Source of the DNA: Lachnospiraceae bacterium | GTDB lineage: Bacteria; Bacillota; Clostridia; Lachnospirales; Lachnospiraceae | NCBI GenBank assembly: GCA_045531955.1 | Contig: JAZSFC010000011.1 | Location: forward strand, 15,772 to 79,771 | DNA length: 64,000 bases | Direction of reading: 5' to 3' | In this document: positions 17,138 through 25,800 of the stretch, one piece after another | Layout: the number at the start of each line of letters is the position of its first letter | Numbering within the stretch: position 1 is the first letter of the stretch | Made by a program: the position numbers and the translations under genes | Notes under the pieces: model-generated | Databases searched by the model: none | The model's input: the letters and a program-made list of their open reading frames with translations, nothing else | What the model was told of the DNA's origin: nothing

Positions 17138-19369
17138 ATGAGATCGTATGCATCGGAAATAGAGGGTCAGAGAGAATTTTATTCTAGGGTTGGAATTGAA
17201 CCCGATTTATCTCATAGTACAGATGGGGTTGATAAGGGAAATTTATACGAAAACAAACTTGATATTTCAAATATATATAAAGTGTTGCTTCAAGCAATAA
17301 AATATGCATCAAGAATTAGAATAAGAGGAGAAAAACTGCCGGCAAATATTATTTTAAATGATTTAAATAAAGAAATAGTATATATATTTAAATCTGAAAA
17401 ACTGCTCGCGGATATTGAAAAAGTATATTTTGGTGCTGCAAGCAAAAATAATGAGGAATACAATACAGATGTGAAATATCAAATGATTGATTATTCAAGT
17501 AGTAAAGGTTTACAGGAATTATTAGTAGTTGTGAATAGTGAAGAGTATGTGAGATATCATGTAGATTGTAATAATATTTTAGGCCTTTCTCAACAATTTT
17601 ATAAAATAGTTCAAGATAAAGATAAATTTATTAAAGGAGAAAATGCTGAAATAAGGAAGCCAAATATATTAGCTGACAGGATATATCCATATGAAAAGGA
17701 AGATAACATAGAATTTGAAGATATAATGGATTGTCTTAACCCCGGTCTTCTTCAAAGAGAGCAAGGGGCATATTATACACCTCCTGCTTATGTTGCAGAA
17801 ATGCATAAAATGTTATATAAGGCAATAGAAGAAGTTCCTGAGGGTATGGATTATATTATTATTGATAGATGTGCAGGAACGGGGAATCTTCAAGAAGGAT
17901 TACCTGACGAGGTGTTAAAACACTGTGTTTTGTCTACAATAGAATTTAATGAATATGCAATACTAAGTTATAAATATGGCGATAAGTGTCTTGTTGTTAT
18001 ACCAAATACAGATGCATTAGCATTTGATATTATTCCAGCAGAAAAGAACCAGCAAGGAATATGTAATGAATTTATTAGAGAAAAAGTTACTGATAAAAAC
18101 TGTGTTGTTATTCTAATGGAAAATCCACCATATAGTGAAGCTGGTAGTGGAGGTGCTCAAAACACAGGTAAAAAAGAAAATCTTTGGAAAAAAAGTTATG
18201 TTTTAAATGAAATGAAGAAAGAGGTATCCGGTGTCGCACTAAACGAGTTATCTAATTTGTTTATTTGGAGTGCATTTAAGTACTATCTTACCAAGGAAAC
18301 AGACAGCTATATTTTATTTTCACCCACAAAATATTGGCGCAATCAGGAACTGGTTAATAAGAAATTTGAGCAAGGCTTTTTATGTAACCGTAAATGGTTT
18401 CATGCAACGCAGGTTTCAGCTGTGGGATGTATATGGTGGAAAAATATTGATGACAGAAAAACAGAATCAATATTGTTACCAGCGTATGATATTATTTTAG
18501 AAAAAGCACAGAAAGCATGTAATGATATTGTGATGAAAAAGGCTCATCATAATTTTACGGAGGCTTATGATAACCGTAAGTTTTCCGATGATGAAGCAGG
18601 CATAATGTGTGATACAAACGGAACGGAATTTACCAATGATGGAAGAAAAATATCAATATTTCCTATCTATAATACAAATATAATTGCTTATATGATGGTA
18701 CATTCGTTTCTTATTGACAGGAAAAATGTATCTTTAACTAGAATGGGTTTATATAAAGGGCATGGATTCTATGTTAGAGAAGACAATTTTGTTGAGAAGT
18801 TACCATTATTTGTTGCAGCGACTTTCCCTTATGATAAATGGTATAAGACGGATATATATTCTAAGACGTATGATGGCAAAGGAAGTTATTTATCAGATGA
18901 TAAGTTTTTAATGCAGTGTCTGTTGTATACTGCGTTGACATCAAAAAATAAATGTAGATCTTTTGTGGGTTCAGACGGTAGAATATATCAGAACAGTTTA
19001 TGTTTTGATAAACAGGATACTATAGCTTGGAATGTATTTCAACAATATATGGATAAGGGGATGTCTCTTTCAGATGAAGAAAAAACGCTGCTGAAATATT
19101 GGGATGATGTAATATTTGAAGTGAGTAAAACAGCAGAATATAAAAACGCAATTATGCAATGTGAAAAAATGCGATATGGACTATTTCAAATAATGGAGGA
19201 AATAAATATAAAGATAGACAGTGAGCGATTAGACAAAAATGGGAAACCAGTAATGGTCTACAAATATTCTTCATTAAATACGGAGATAAATAAAATCAAT
19301 AGTGCTCTTAAACTGTATTATCAAGATATTCTTATTCCACAGTTGTTTAAGTATGAATTATTAAAGTAA
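17138..19369 (+). CDS. gamma-class N6-adenine DNA methyltransferase, large single-chain (possible type IIG/IIL R-M enzyme or orphan MTase)
   Basis: 743 aa from ATG 17138 (RBS AAGGAGG at 17125-17131). Motif X GAYYTPPAYV, motif I IIDRCAGTGNL, motif IV NPPY (residues 329-332, nt 18122-18133). An about 210-aa N-terminal extension carries D32-x5-E38-N-K40. An about 280-aa C-terminal region could be a target recognition domain. Confidence 0.8.
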   Translation: MRSYASEIEGQREFYSRVGIEPDLSHSTDGVDKGNLYENKLDISNIYKVLLQAIKYASRIRIRGEKLPANIILNDLNKEIVYIFKSEKLLADIEKVYFGAASKNNEEYNTDVKYQMIDYSSSKGLQELLVVVNSEEYVRYHVDCNNILGLSQQFYKIVQDKDKFIKGENAEIRKPNILADRIYPYEKEDNIEFEDIMDCLNPGLLQREQGAYYTPPAYVAEMHKMLYKAIEEVPEGMDYIIIDRCAGTGNLQEGLPDEVLKHCVLSTIEFNEYAILSYKYGDKCLVVIPNTDALAFDIIPAEKNQQGICNEFIREKVTDKNCVVILMENPPYSEAGSGGAQNTGKKENLWKKSYVLNEMKKEVSGVALNELSNLFIWSAFKYYLTKETDSYILFSPTKYWRNQELVNKKFEQGFLCNRKWFHATQVSAVGCIWWKNIDDRKTESILLPAYDIILEKAQKACNDIVMKKAHHNFTEAYDNRKFSDDEAGIMCDTNGTEFTNDGRKISIFPIYNTNIIAYMMVHSFLIDRKNVSLTRMGLYKGHGFYVREDNFVEKLPLFVAATFPYDKWYKTDIYSKTYDGKGSYLSDDKFLMQCLLYTALTSKNKCRSFVGSDGRIYQNSLCFDKQDTIAWNVFQQYMDKGMSLSDEEKTLLKYWDDVIFEVSKTAEYKNAIMQCEKMRYGLFQIMEEINIKIDSERLDKNGKPVMVYKYSSLNTEINKINSALKLYYQDILIPQLFKYELLK

Positions 19370-19394
19370 AACACCAAAGTTTTTGAAGCAAACT

Positions 19395-19431
19395 ACCCGC
19401 CGGAGGGGACGAACCGACCGGCGGGTGTTTT
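19395..19431 (+). terminator. Rho-independent terminator
   Basis: ACCCGCCGG (19395-19403) pairs with CCGGCGGGT (19418-19426), followed by GTTTT. Confidence 0.7.
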
Positions 19432-19485
19432 GTGTAACTAAAGCAGCTACACCCTTTATTGAGAAAAACAAAAAAGGAAGCAAAT

Positions 19486-20082
19486 TTATTCAAAATACTC
19501 TGGCATAACAGAGCCGATGAAATCCTTTACCTGTGCGGTTTTGTGAATTCGCAGCTTTGTAGTGGCAATTACCTTATCTACAAAACAGCCTCTGCCGATG
19601 ACAACATCCTTGCCGGTAATTTTCTGCACGGAATAATCCTCGATGACCAGCTTGTTTGCTTCAATTTCACGGATTCTTGCATTCTTTTCATCCCGGATGT
19701 CCCTGCCGGAAAAGATAGAACGTACCCGGGCAAAGGGACGCGGAGATTCCTTTTTACTGTTGTGAAGCAGGGTGGCATTGTCTGCTTGTAACATAGATGT
19801 ATTTACAACACCGTCGGAATACAGGCTTCCGGACACCATAATGGCACCGGCCTTTAATACACCTTCGGAATTACAGGTGCCTGCTTCTAACAGACCGTCT
19901 ACCTTAGTAACTCCTTCCAGGGTAAGTGTTTCTGCGGAAAGAGTTGTAAACTTCATGACTCCTTCACCGCTAATCTGGTTTGCCTTGACCGGACCTTTGG
20001 CACTAAAAACACCCTCTACATGTAATCTGTCATAGGTTCCTCCATTGATATTGCCGATTCCTTCACAACGATACTCTCCCAT
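19486..20082 (-). CDS. bactofilin-like polymer-forming cytoskeletal protein
   Basis: Repetitive beta-helix-like pattern (G.....V.G/A...G.V repeated). ATG 20082 (MGEYRCEG...) is preferred over the track start 20163. Confidence 0.6.
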   Translation of the reverse strand: MGEYRCEGIGNINGGTYDRLHVEGVFSAKGPVKANQISGEGVMKFTTLSAETLTLEGVTKVDGLLEAGTCNSEGVLKAGAIMVSGSLYSDGVVNTSMLQADNATLLHNSKKESPRPFARVRSIFSGRDIRDEKNARIREIEANKLVIEDYSVQKITGKDVVIGRGCFVDKVIATTKLRIHKTAQVKDFIGSVMPEYFE

Positions 20083-20273
20083 AATTTTATCCCTTTCTGA
20101 ATATGTAATTTCTTTCCATGTCTCAAGTATAGCATAAAGAAAAATAAGAATCATAAAAGGCAAATTAGAAATTGATTAGAAATGGGAAAACTGATATACT
20201 GATAGACAAGAAACCGGTAATTTCTGACCGGTGATACGAAATAATTGATGAAGAAATAAGGAGAATCAAGACG

Positions 20274-20711
20274 ATGAAATTTGTAGTGCAAAGAGTAAAT
20301 CATGCCAGCGTTACTGTGGACGGCAACGTCATTGGCACAATCAAAAAAGGATTTCTGGTGTTCATCGGCGTGTCCAATGAGGATACCAGGGAAATTGCGG
20401 ATAAATATATCAAAAAGCTTCTGGGATTACGGATTTTCCAGGATGAAAACGGTAAGACCAATCTGTCCTTAAAGGATGTAAACGGCGAGCTCTTACTTGT
20501 TTCCCAGTTCACCCTGTATGCGGACTGCAGCCACGGCAACCGCCCGTCTTTTATTAACGCAGGAAAACCGGAGCTGGCCAATGAACTGTATGAGTACATT
20601 ATTGCGGAATGCAAAAAGCAGGTGGATGTAGTGGAAACCGGAGAATTTGGCGCGGATATGAAGGTGGCGTTGGAGAACGACGGGCCGTTTACGATTATTC
20701 TTGAAATATAA
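20274..20711 (+). CDS. dtd: D-aminoacyl-tRNA deacylase
   Basis: [17 protein letters not shown]...GFLVFIGV...[11 protein letters not shown]...GNRPSF, a canonical Dtd of 145 aa. Confidence 0.93.
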   Translation: MKFVVQRVNHASVTVDGNVIGTIKKGFLVFIGVSNEDTREIADKYIKKLLGLRIFQDENGKTNLSLKDVNGELLLVSQFTLYADCSHGNRPSFINAGKPELANELYEYIIAECKKQVDVVETGEFGADMKVALENDGPFTIILEI

Positions 20712-20745
20712 TTAAGATACAAAATGTTTCTTACGTATAAAAAGA

Positions 20746-20814
20746 AAAAGTCCGAGAATTACCGGAATAGCACAGTGGTTTACCACGTGCATGGAGGTAA
20801 CTCTCGGACTTTTC
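20746..20814. terminator. long bidirectional terminator hairpin
   Basis: AAAAGTCCGAGAATTACC (20746-20763) pairs with GGTAACTCTCGGACTTTT (20797-20814) with one mismatch. T-runs follow on both strands. Serves dtd (+) and the small peptide gene (-). Confidence 0.7.
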
Positions 20815-20858
20815 TTTAGAGGTTAAAATCTTTTGTATATTAAGTTATTTTCTCTGAC

Positions 20859-20987
20859 TTACTGGCAGTTGCCGCCGAAAATGTTGCCGAAACCGCAGCT
20901 GTTACCTGTGCCGCAGAATCCGCTGAACAGAGAAGATAAGTTGCATCCGCCAAGGAACTGTAAAATGTAATTGCAAATATTGTTCAT
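20859..20987 (-). CDS. unannotated 42-aa Cys/Gly-rich peptide
   Basis: ATG at 20987, strong RBS AAAGGAGAG 7 nt upstream, stop TAA at 20859-20861. Translation MNNICNYILQFLGGCNLSSLFSGFCGTGNSCGFGNIFGGNCQ. Below the ORF-track length cutoff. Followed by the terminator at 20746-20814. Confidence 0.6.
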   Translation of the reverse strand: MNNICNYILQFLGGCNLSSLFSGFCGTGNSCGFGNIFGGNCQ

Positions 20988-21113
20988 CTGTATCTCTCCT
21001 TTCTTTTGTTTTATCACATCTTTTGTGACAAGGAGAGGATATCACACAAAACATGCAAAAATCAATGGAACCTGTTGGTAGTGACGCCAGACTGTGACAG
21101 TGGAGGCAGAGTA

Positions 21114-21150
21114 TACCAAAAACACGCCCTGTTATACAACAGAGCGTGTC
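21114..21150 (-). terminator. Rho-independent terminator of the cyclophilin gene
   Basis: On the minus strand, ACACGCTCTGTTG-TAT-AACAGGGCGTGT followed by TTTTTGG. Confidence 0.75.
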
Positions 21151-21168
21151 GGAACAAATCATATAAAA

Positions 21169-21693
21169 TTATCTGTCCAGTGTCTTTGGTTCCGGATACT
21201 CTTCGCCGAAAGTGTCAACGGTAACCTTAGCCATACGCTGGGTTTCTAACGGACGGTCGGACCAGTCTACGTTTACGGTAGCAATCTTGTTTACTACGTC
21301 CATACCCTCGGTAACCTTACCGAATGCAGCGTACTGCCCGTCAAGGTGAGGGGATGTCTGATGCATGATAAAGAACTGGGAGCCTGCGGAGTCAGGATGC
21401 TGTGCTCTTGCCATGGAGATTACGCCAGGGGTGTGCATTAAGTCATTTTTAAAGCCGTTCCAGGTGAATTCGCCAGGAATGGAGTAACCCGGATTGCCCA
21501 TGCCGCTTCCTTCCGGACAGCCACCCTGAATCATAAAGCCTTCAATAACTCTGTGGAAGATGAGTCCGTCATAGAAGCCTTTCTTTACTAAAAAAATAAA
21601 GTTGTTTACGGTATTTGGTGCGATTTCAGGATAAAGCTCCACCTTAATCACATCATTATTTTCCATCTGAATGGTAACAATAGGATTTGCCAT
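21169..21693 (-). CDS. ppiB: peptidylprolyl isomerase, cyclophilin type
   Basis: FHRVIEGFMIQGG...GSQFFI cyclophilin signatures. The start is taken at MANPIVTIQ (21693). Confidence 0.9.
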   Translation of the reverse strand: MANPIVTIQMENNDVIKVELYPEIAPNTVNNFIFLVKKGFYDGLIFHRVIEGFMIQGGCPEGSGMGNPGYSIPGEFTWNGFKNDLMHTPGVISMARAQHPDSAGSQFFIMHQTSPHLDGQYAAFGKVTEGMDVVNKIATVNVDWSDRPLETQRMAKVTVDTFGEEYPEPKTLDR

Positions 21694-21849
21694 AATTTGC
21701 TTCAACCTTTCTGAAATGATTTTTGTACATTCTACCACGTTTTTCTAAACTTGTCTATATACGGAATTTCCTTGCCCTTTCCGATAAAATCATTTACAAT
21801 AAAAGAGTAAGCTACTAAATGAACTACAAGACAGAGAAGGAGAAACTGC

Positions 21850-22695
21850 ATGAACTATAAAGTCAGCGATTTGTCCAAAATTTTAGATATATCCTCTAAC
21901 ACCGTCCGCCGTTATGAGGGCATGGGATATTTATCCCCGGACCGTATGGATGCCAACGGGTACCGGGTGTACGGGGCCGGAGATGTGACCAAAATGATTA
22001 TTATTAATAATTACCGGAAACTGGGCTTTAGCCATGCGGAAATTGCTAAGATTTTTAAAGGCAGCTATCATGAAAAAATAGAGCTGTACGAGGAACGTCT
22101 GGCGGCCATGGATAAAGAATTGGAGTTGCTTTCCGGACTCCGGCATATGCTAAAGGATGACCTTGCTTTGATGAAAAAAATTGAAGCGGTACAGGACGGG
22201 TTTTATCAAAGAGACTGCGTACCGATGAATTATGTTCTGTACAGTGAAAACGGAGAGCTGTTAAAGGAGGATGAGCGCCTGGATACTATCCAGGAATACT
22301 TCTATAATGCCACGGAGCTGCGTTACATCTATATTTTTAAGAAGGGCGAAATCGAACAGGGTATTTTTAACTGCAATGAAGGTATTGCGGTTAAAGACGT
22401 CCATATGGAACGGTTTGGCTTAAAGTTGAACGAATATACGGGAGTATACGAAAAAAAGCCAAGTATTATGAAGATTGTAAAGCTTCCTCTGAATTTTTCG
22501 GAAAGCGGGCAGGAAGAAAAGGACCGTTTATTCCACGAAATTTTCAATGATGTGCTGCAATATATAAAGGAAAACGGATATGTTATGGACGGAGATGTAA
22601 TCGGTATTAAGATTTCTATGTCTCTGGAGGAAGAAACGGAGGCACAGTATGTATTAATCAGCATACCATTCTCAAAGGAAGCATCTGCAGAATAA
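21850..22695 (+). CDS. MerR-family transcriptional regulator with C-terminal effector-binding-like domain
   Basis: N-terminal YKVSDLSKILDISSNTVRRYEGMGYLSPDR...GYRVY is a MerR HTH. A coiled-coil dimerisation helix follows. 281 aa. Confidence 0.85.
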   Translation: MNYKVSDLSKILDISSNTVRRYEGMGYLSPDRMDANGYRVYGAGDVTKMIIINNYRKLGFSHAEIAKIFKGSYHEKIELYEERLAAMDKELELLSGLRHMLKDDLALMKKIEAVQDGFYQRDCVPMNYVLYSENGELLKEDERLDTIQEYFYNATELRYIYIFKKGEIEQGIFNCNEGIAVKDVHMERFGLKLNEYTGVYEKKPSIMKIVKLPLNFSESGQEEKDRLFHEIFNDVLQYIKENGYVMDGDVIGIKISMSLEEETEAQYVLISIPFSKEASAE

Positions 22696-22731
22696 ACACT
22701 ACGAAAATTTAAGAAAGTTTCTTGGAACTTA

Positions 22732-22762
22732 TTGACCTTGACACTGTGTCATAGTGTATACT
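22732..22762 (+). promoter_or_regulatory. MerR-type promoter with 19-bp spacer and internal dyad
   Basis: TTGACC (22732-22737), 19-bp spacer containing the dyad TGACAC-T-GTGTCA (22739-22751), TATACT (22757-22762). About 110 nt upstream of the 1838-aa gene. Confidence 0.6.
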
Positions 22763-22870
22763 TTGAAACAGCTAGAGGTCAATTTTTTATGCATTTTGCA
22801 CAAAAATCAAAGGGGAATTTGGTTATGATGTATAATGCTAAAATAAGGGCTTCGATTATAAGGAGGGCAA

Positions 22871-25800
22871 ATGATGAAGAAATTAACCAAGAAGTTGGCA
22901 ATGCTTCTGGCTGTGACCATGGTAGCAGGCCTTATGGCAGGCTGCAACGGAAAAACAGATGCAGAAGCTACGCCAACTCCGACTCAAGGCTTAGAGCAGC
23001 CGGCGGATCCAACCGCAACAACAGCTCCGACAGAAACTCCTGTACCAACAGAGGAACCAAAAGCAACGGCAACTCCGTTCCCGACCCCGGCGCCAATCAC
23101 TGTGGAAAAGCGCAACATTGATGTTTGGGACTTTGGTGGCGTGCAGGAAACCGACGCTCTGTATAAGAACAACATTACAGCAGCGGATTGGGATGCTTAT
23201 GCTGATTTAGCAGAAGGCGGTACCTTTTCCAATGACGGCACGGTATCCTTTGGTGATTTAACCTTAAATTACAAGGCAAAGGACCGTTTATTCTCCGGCA
23301 CTTCCGTAAAGAACTATGGTTCTAATGGTCTTGCACAGACCGCCCATGAGGACGGTTATACCGCAGACGGTATGTACTATTGTAACGGTACCGGCGGTGA
23401 CAACAGAAGATACATGACTCTGGCTAATGTAAAGGCCGGTGACAAAATTTTAGTTTACATGGGTGCCCACAATGCGGCAGATGACGTGCTTTACTTCCAG
23501 TACATGGGTGAAGGTGGCACACAGTTAGAAGAACATGCATACGGACAGAAGATTTTCTCCCAGCATGTGTTTGTGGCACAGTACAGTGGTACTTATAAAA
23601 TATGGACCGGTACCGGTGCAAAGCCTGGTTATAACCGTGTCGTAAGAATTCCGGGTGTCACAGTAACCGGATACATTGATAACGCAGGATTTGATATAGC
23701 AGGTACAACACTTAAGTTTGTGAACAACACAACAAATGCTGTAACCGAAGTAGATGCAGCAAACGGAAGCTTCGCAGCAATTCTTGCTCCGGGCTTTGAA
23801 TATACCGCGGTATTATCCGGTATTAATGGTGTTGGTTTTACTAACGACAGCAAATTCGTTACCGTAGCAGATGCAGATGTGGCAAACGGTCAGATTAGCA
23901 CAACTCTTGTAGTAGAAGCGAAGTCTATTTATGCTTACACCGGTAAGATTACCGGTTTTGCGGCCGATTATGATACAAGCAAGCTGGCGGTTAAGCTGAT
24001 GGCTCCTGCGGATTCTACCTATAATGATGTAGACCTTACCATCAATGCGGACCTTACCTTTACCGCATCCTTAGAGCCTGACGTAGAATATACCCTGGTA
24101 CTTTCCGGCGTAAACGATTATGAAATCGTAAGTTCTGTAACCATTCAGGACAATCAGGCAAAGAATGAGGATATTCAGGTGGCAACAAAGGCAGTATATG
24201 ATGTAACCGGTGGTTTCCTCGGCTGCGAGGCAAAGGATGTAACTGCCATTAAGTTTGTAAATGAAGAAGATGCGTATGAATACGCAGGTACATTATCTGC
24301 AGACGGTTATTCTGTATCTTTAAGAGACGGTGCATACAGCGTAGTTATTACTTCCGGCGTTTATACCACTTCTACCCACGTTGTAGTAGAAGGAAAGGCA
24401 GTGGCTAAGGATGTTATGGCAGTTCCTGTGGATAAAACGGTAGCTGCATTAACAAGAGTGGATAAGCTTTATGTTGGCTATGCCGACAAGGATAACAACT
24501 ATGTAACCGTTGGTGAGGCAGTAGCAGCGGCAGCGGCTATGAATCCAACCAGCGAGGCTGAAAGAATTGTTATTTCCATTGCTCCTGGCACTTACAGAGA
24601 GCAGGTTACCATTGATACCCCATACATCACTTTAGTGAATGAGGGTGATGGAGAAGTACTTCTTACCTGGTACTACGGTATCGGTTATAAATACTACAGT
24701 GCTGATAAGAACGGTTATTATGATGCAGAGTGCGCATATGACAAGTATGCAAAGAACGGTCCAGCAAACTGGGGCTATGCAGTTAAGGTAAACAAGACAG
24801 CTACCGCATTCCGCGCAGAAAATATTGTATTTGAAAACTCCCTCAACCGTTACATCACCGATGAAGAAATCGAAGATGGCGTAGAGGCAGATACTATCAA
24901 CTTTGACCGTAAGTACGGTGCAGATGTAACTTCCAAGGCAGCCACCGAACGTGGTGTGGCTCTTTATGTGGCAGCAGATCAGGCAGAATTTAAAAACTGT
25001 TCCTTCTTAAGCAGCCAGGATACGTTGTATACTGCATGTGATGCTTACTTTAAGAATTGCTACATCGAAGGTAACACCGACTTTATCTTCGGTTCCGGCG
25101 ATGTGGTATTTGACGCTTGTGAAATCAGTCTGTACGGCTACAGCACCGGCGGAGTGGCAGGTTATATTACTGCAGCAAGAACCGATTCTTCCACCAGCGG
25201 AACAGAAAACGGTTACTTATTCCGTAACTGTGTAGTGACAGCAGATAATCTTCCTGCAACACCGGGTTACCATTTCGGCAGACCTTGGGGTGCAGATGCA
25301 AAGGTACGCTTTGAAAATACTAAGCTGGCAAGCCTTGATTTAATCAGTAAAGAAGGCTGGACCCAGATGAGCGGCAATGCTCCGGAAAATGCAAACTTTG
25401 CAGAATACGATACGATGGAATTATCCGGTATGTCCTCTGACCTTAGCGGCAGAGTGGCAGGTACTGTGGCAGAAGGACCACTTTCCTTCGATTATGCTGC
25501 ATGGTTAGGCTTTACTCCAAACTATGCGGTAGCGGCAGATAACAAGGTGAAGTTTACAACGGCTCCTTACATTGTGGACAACGGCGATATTAATGCACCA
25601 AAGCCGGGTCATACGTTAACCGTAGCTTACTCTTTAGGAGAAGCAAACGATGCTAACGACTGTTCCATCATCAAGTGGTACAGGGTAGCAGGCAGTGAAG
25701 AAACCTTAGTAAAGCTTTCCTCTGCAGTGGTGGATGATACTTATCAGATTACTGCTGAAGATATCGGCGCAAAGATCCGTGTTGTTGTTATTCCTATGAA

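Larger units (their letters stand above)
15690..19440. other. AT-rich islet, candidate horizontally acquired defence locus
   Basis: By eye, 16.0-19.4 kb is much more A/T-rich than the flanks, with AAA/AAT/ATA-rich codon usage. Content is an RNA-repeat/nuclease-like module, an XRE and a DNA methyltransferase. GC content was not computed. Confidence 0.5.

Noticed and set aside
20746-20814. Long hairpin between dtd and the small peptide gene as a possible structured sRNA
   Set aside because: It is flanked by A-runs and T-runs on both sides and lies exactly between two convergent stop codons. The simplest reading is an elaborate bidirectional intrinsic terminator.
22732-23121. 129-aa ORF upstream of and overlapping the giant esterase gene
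   Set aside because: It starts inside the MerR-type promoter and has no RBS. Its 3' part is the out-of-frame Pro/Thr-linker region of the real gene, which has a strong RBS (AAGGAGGG) and a signal peptide at 22871.
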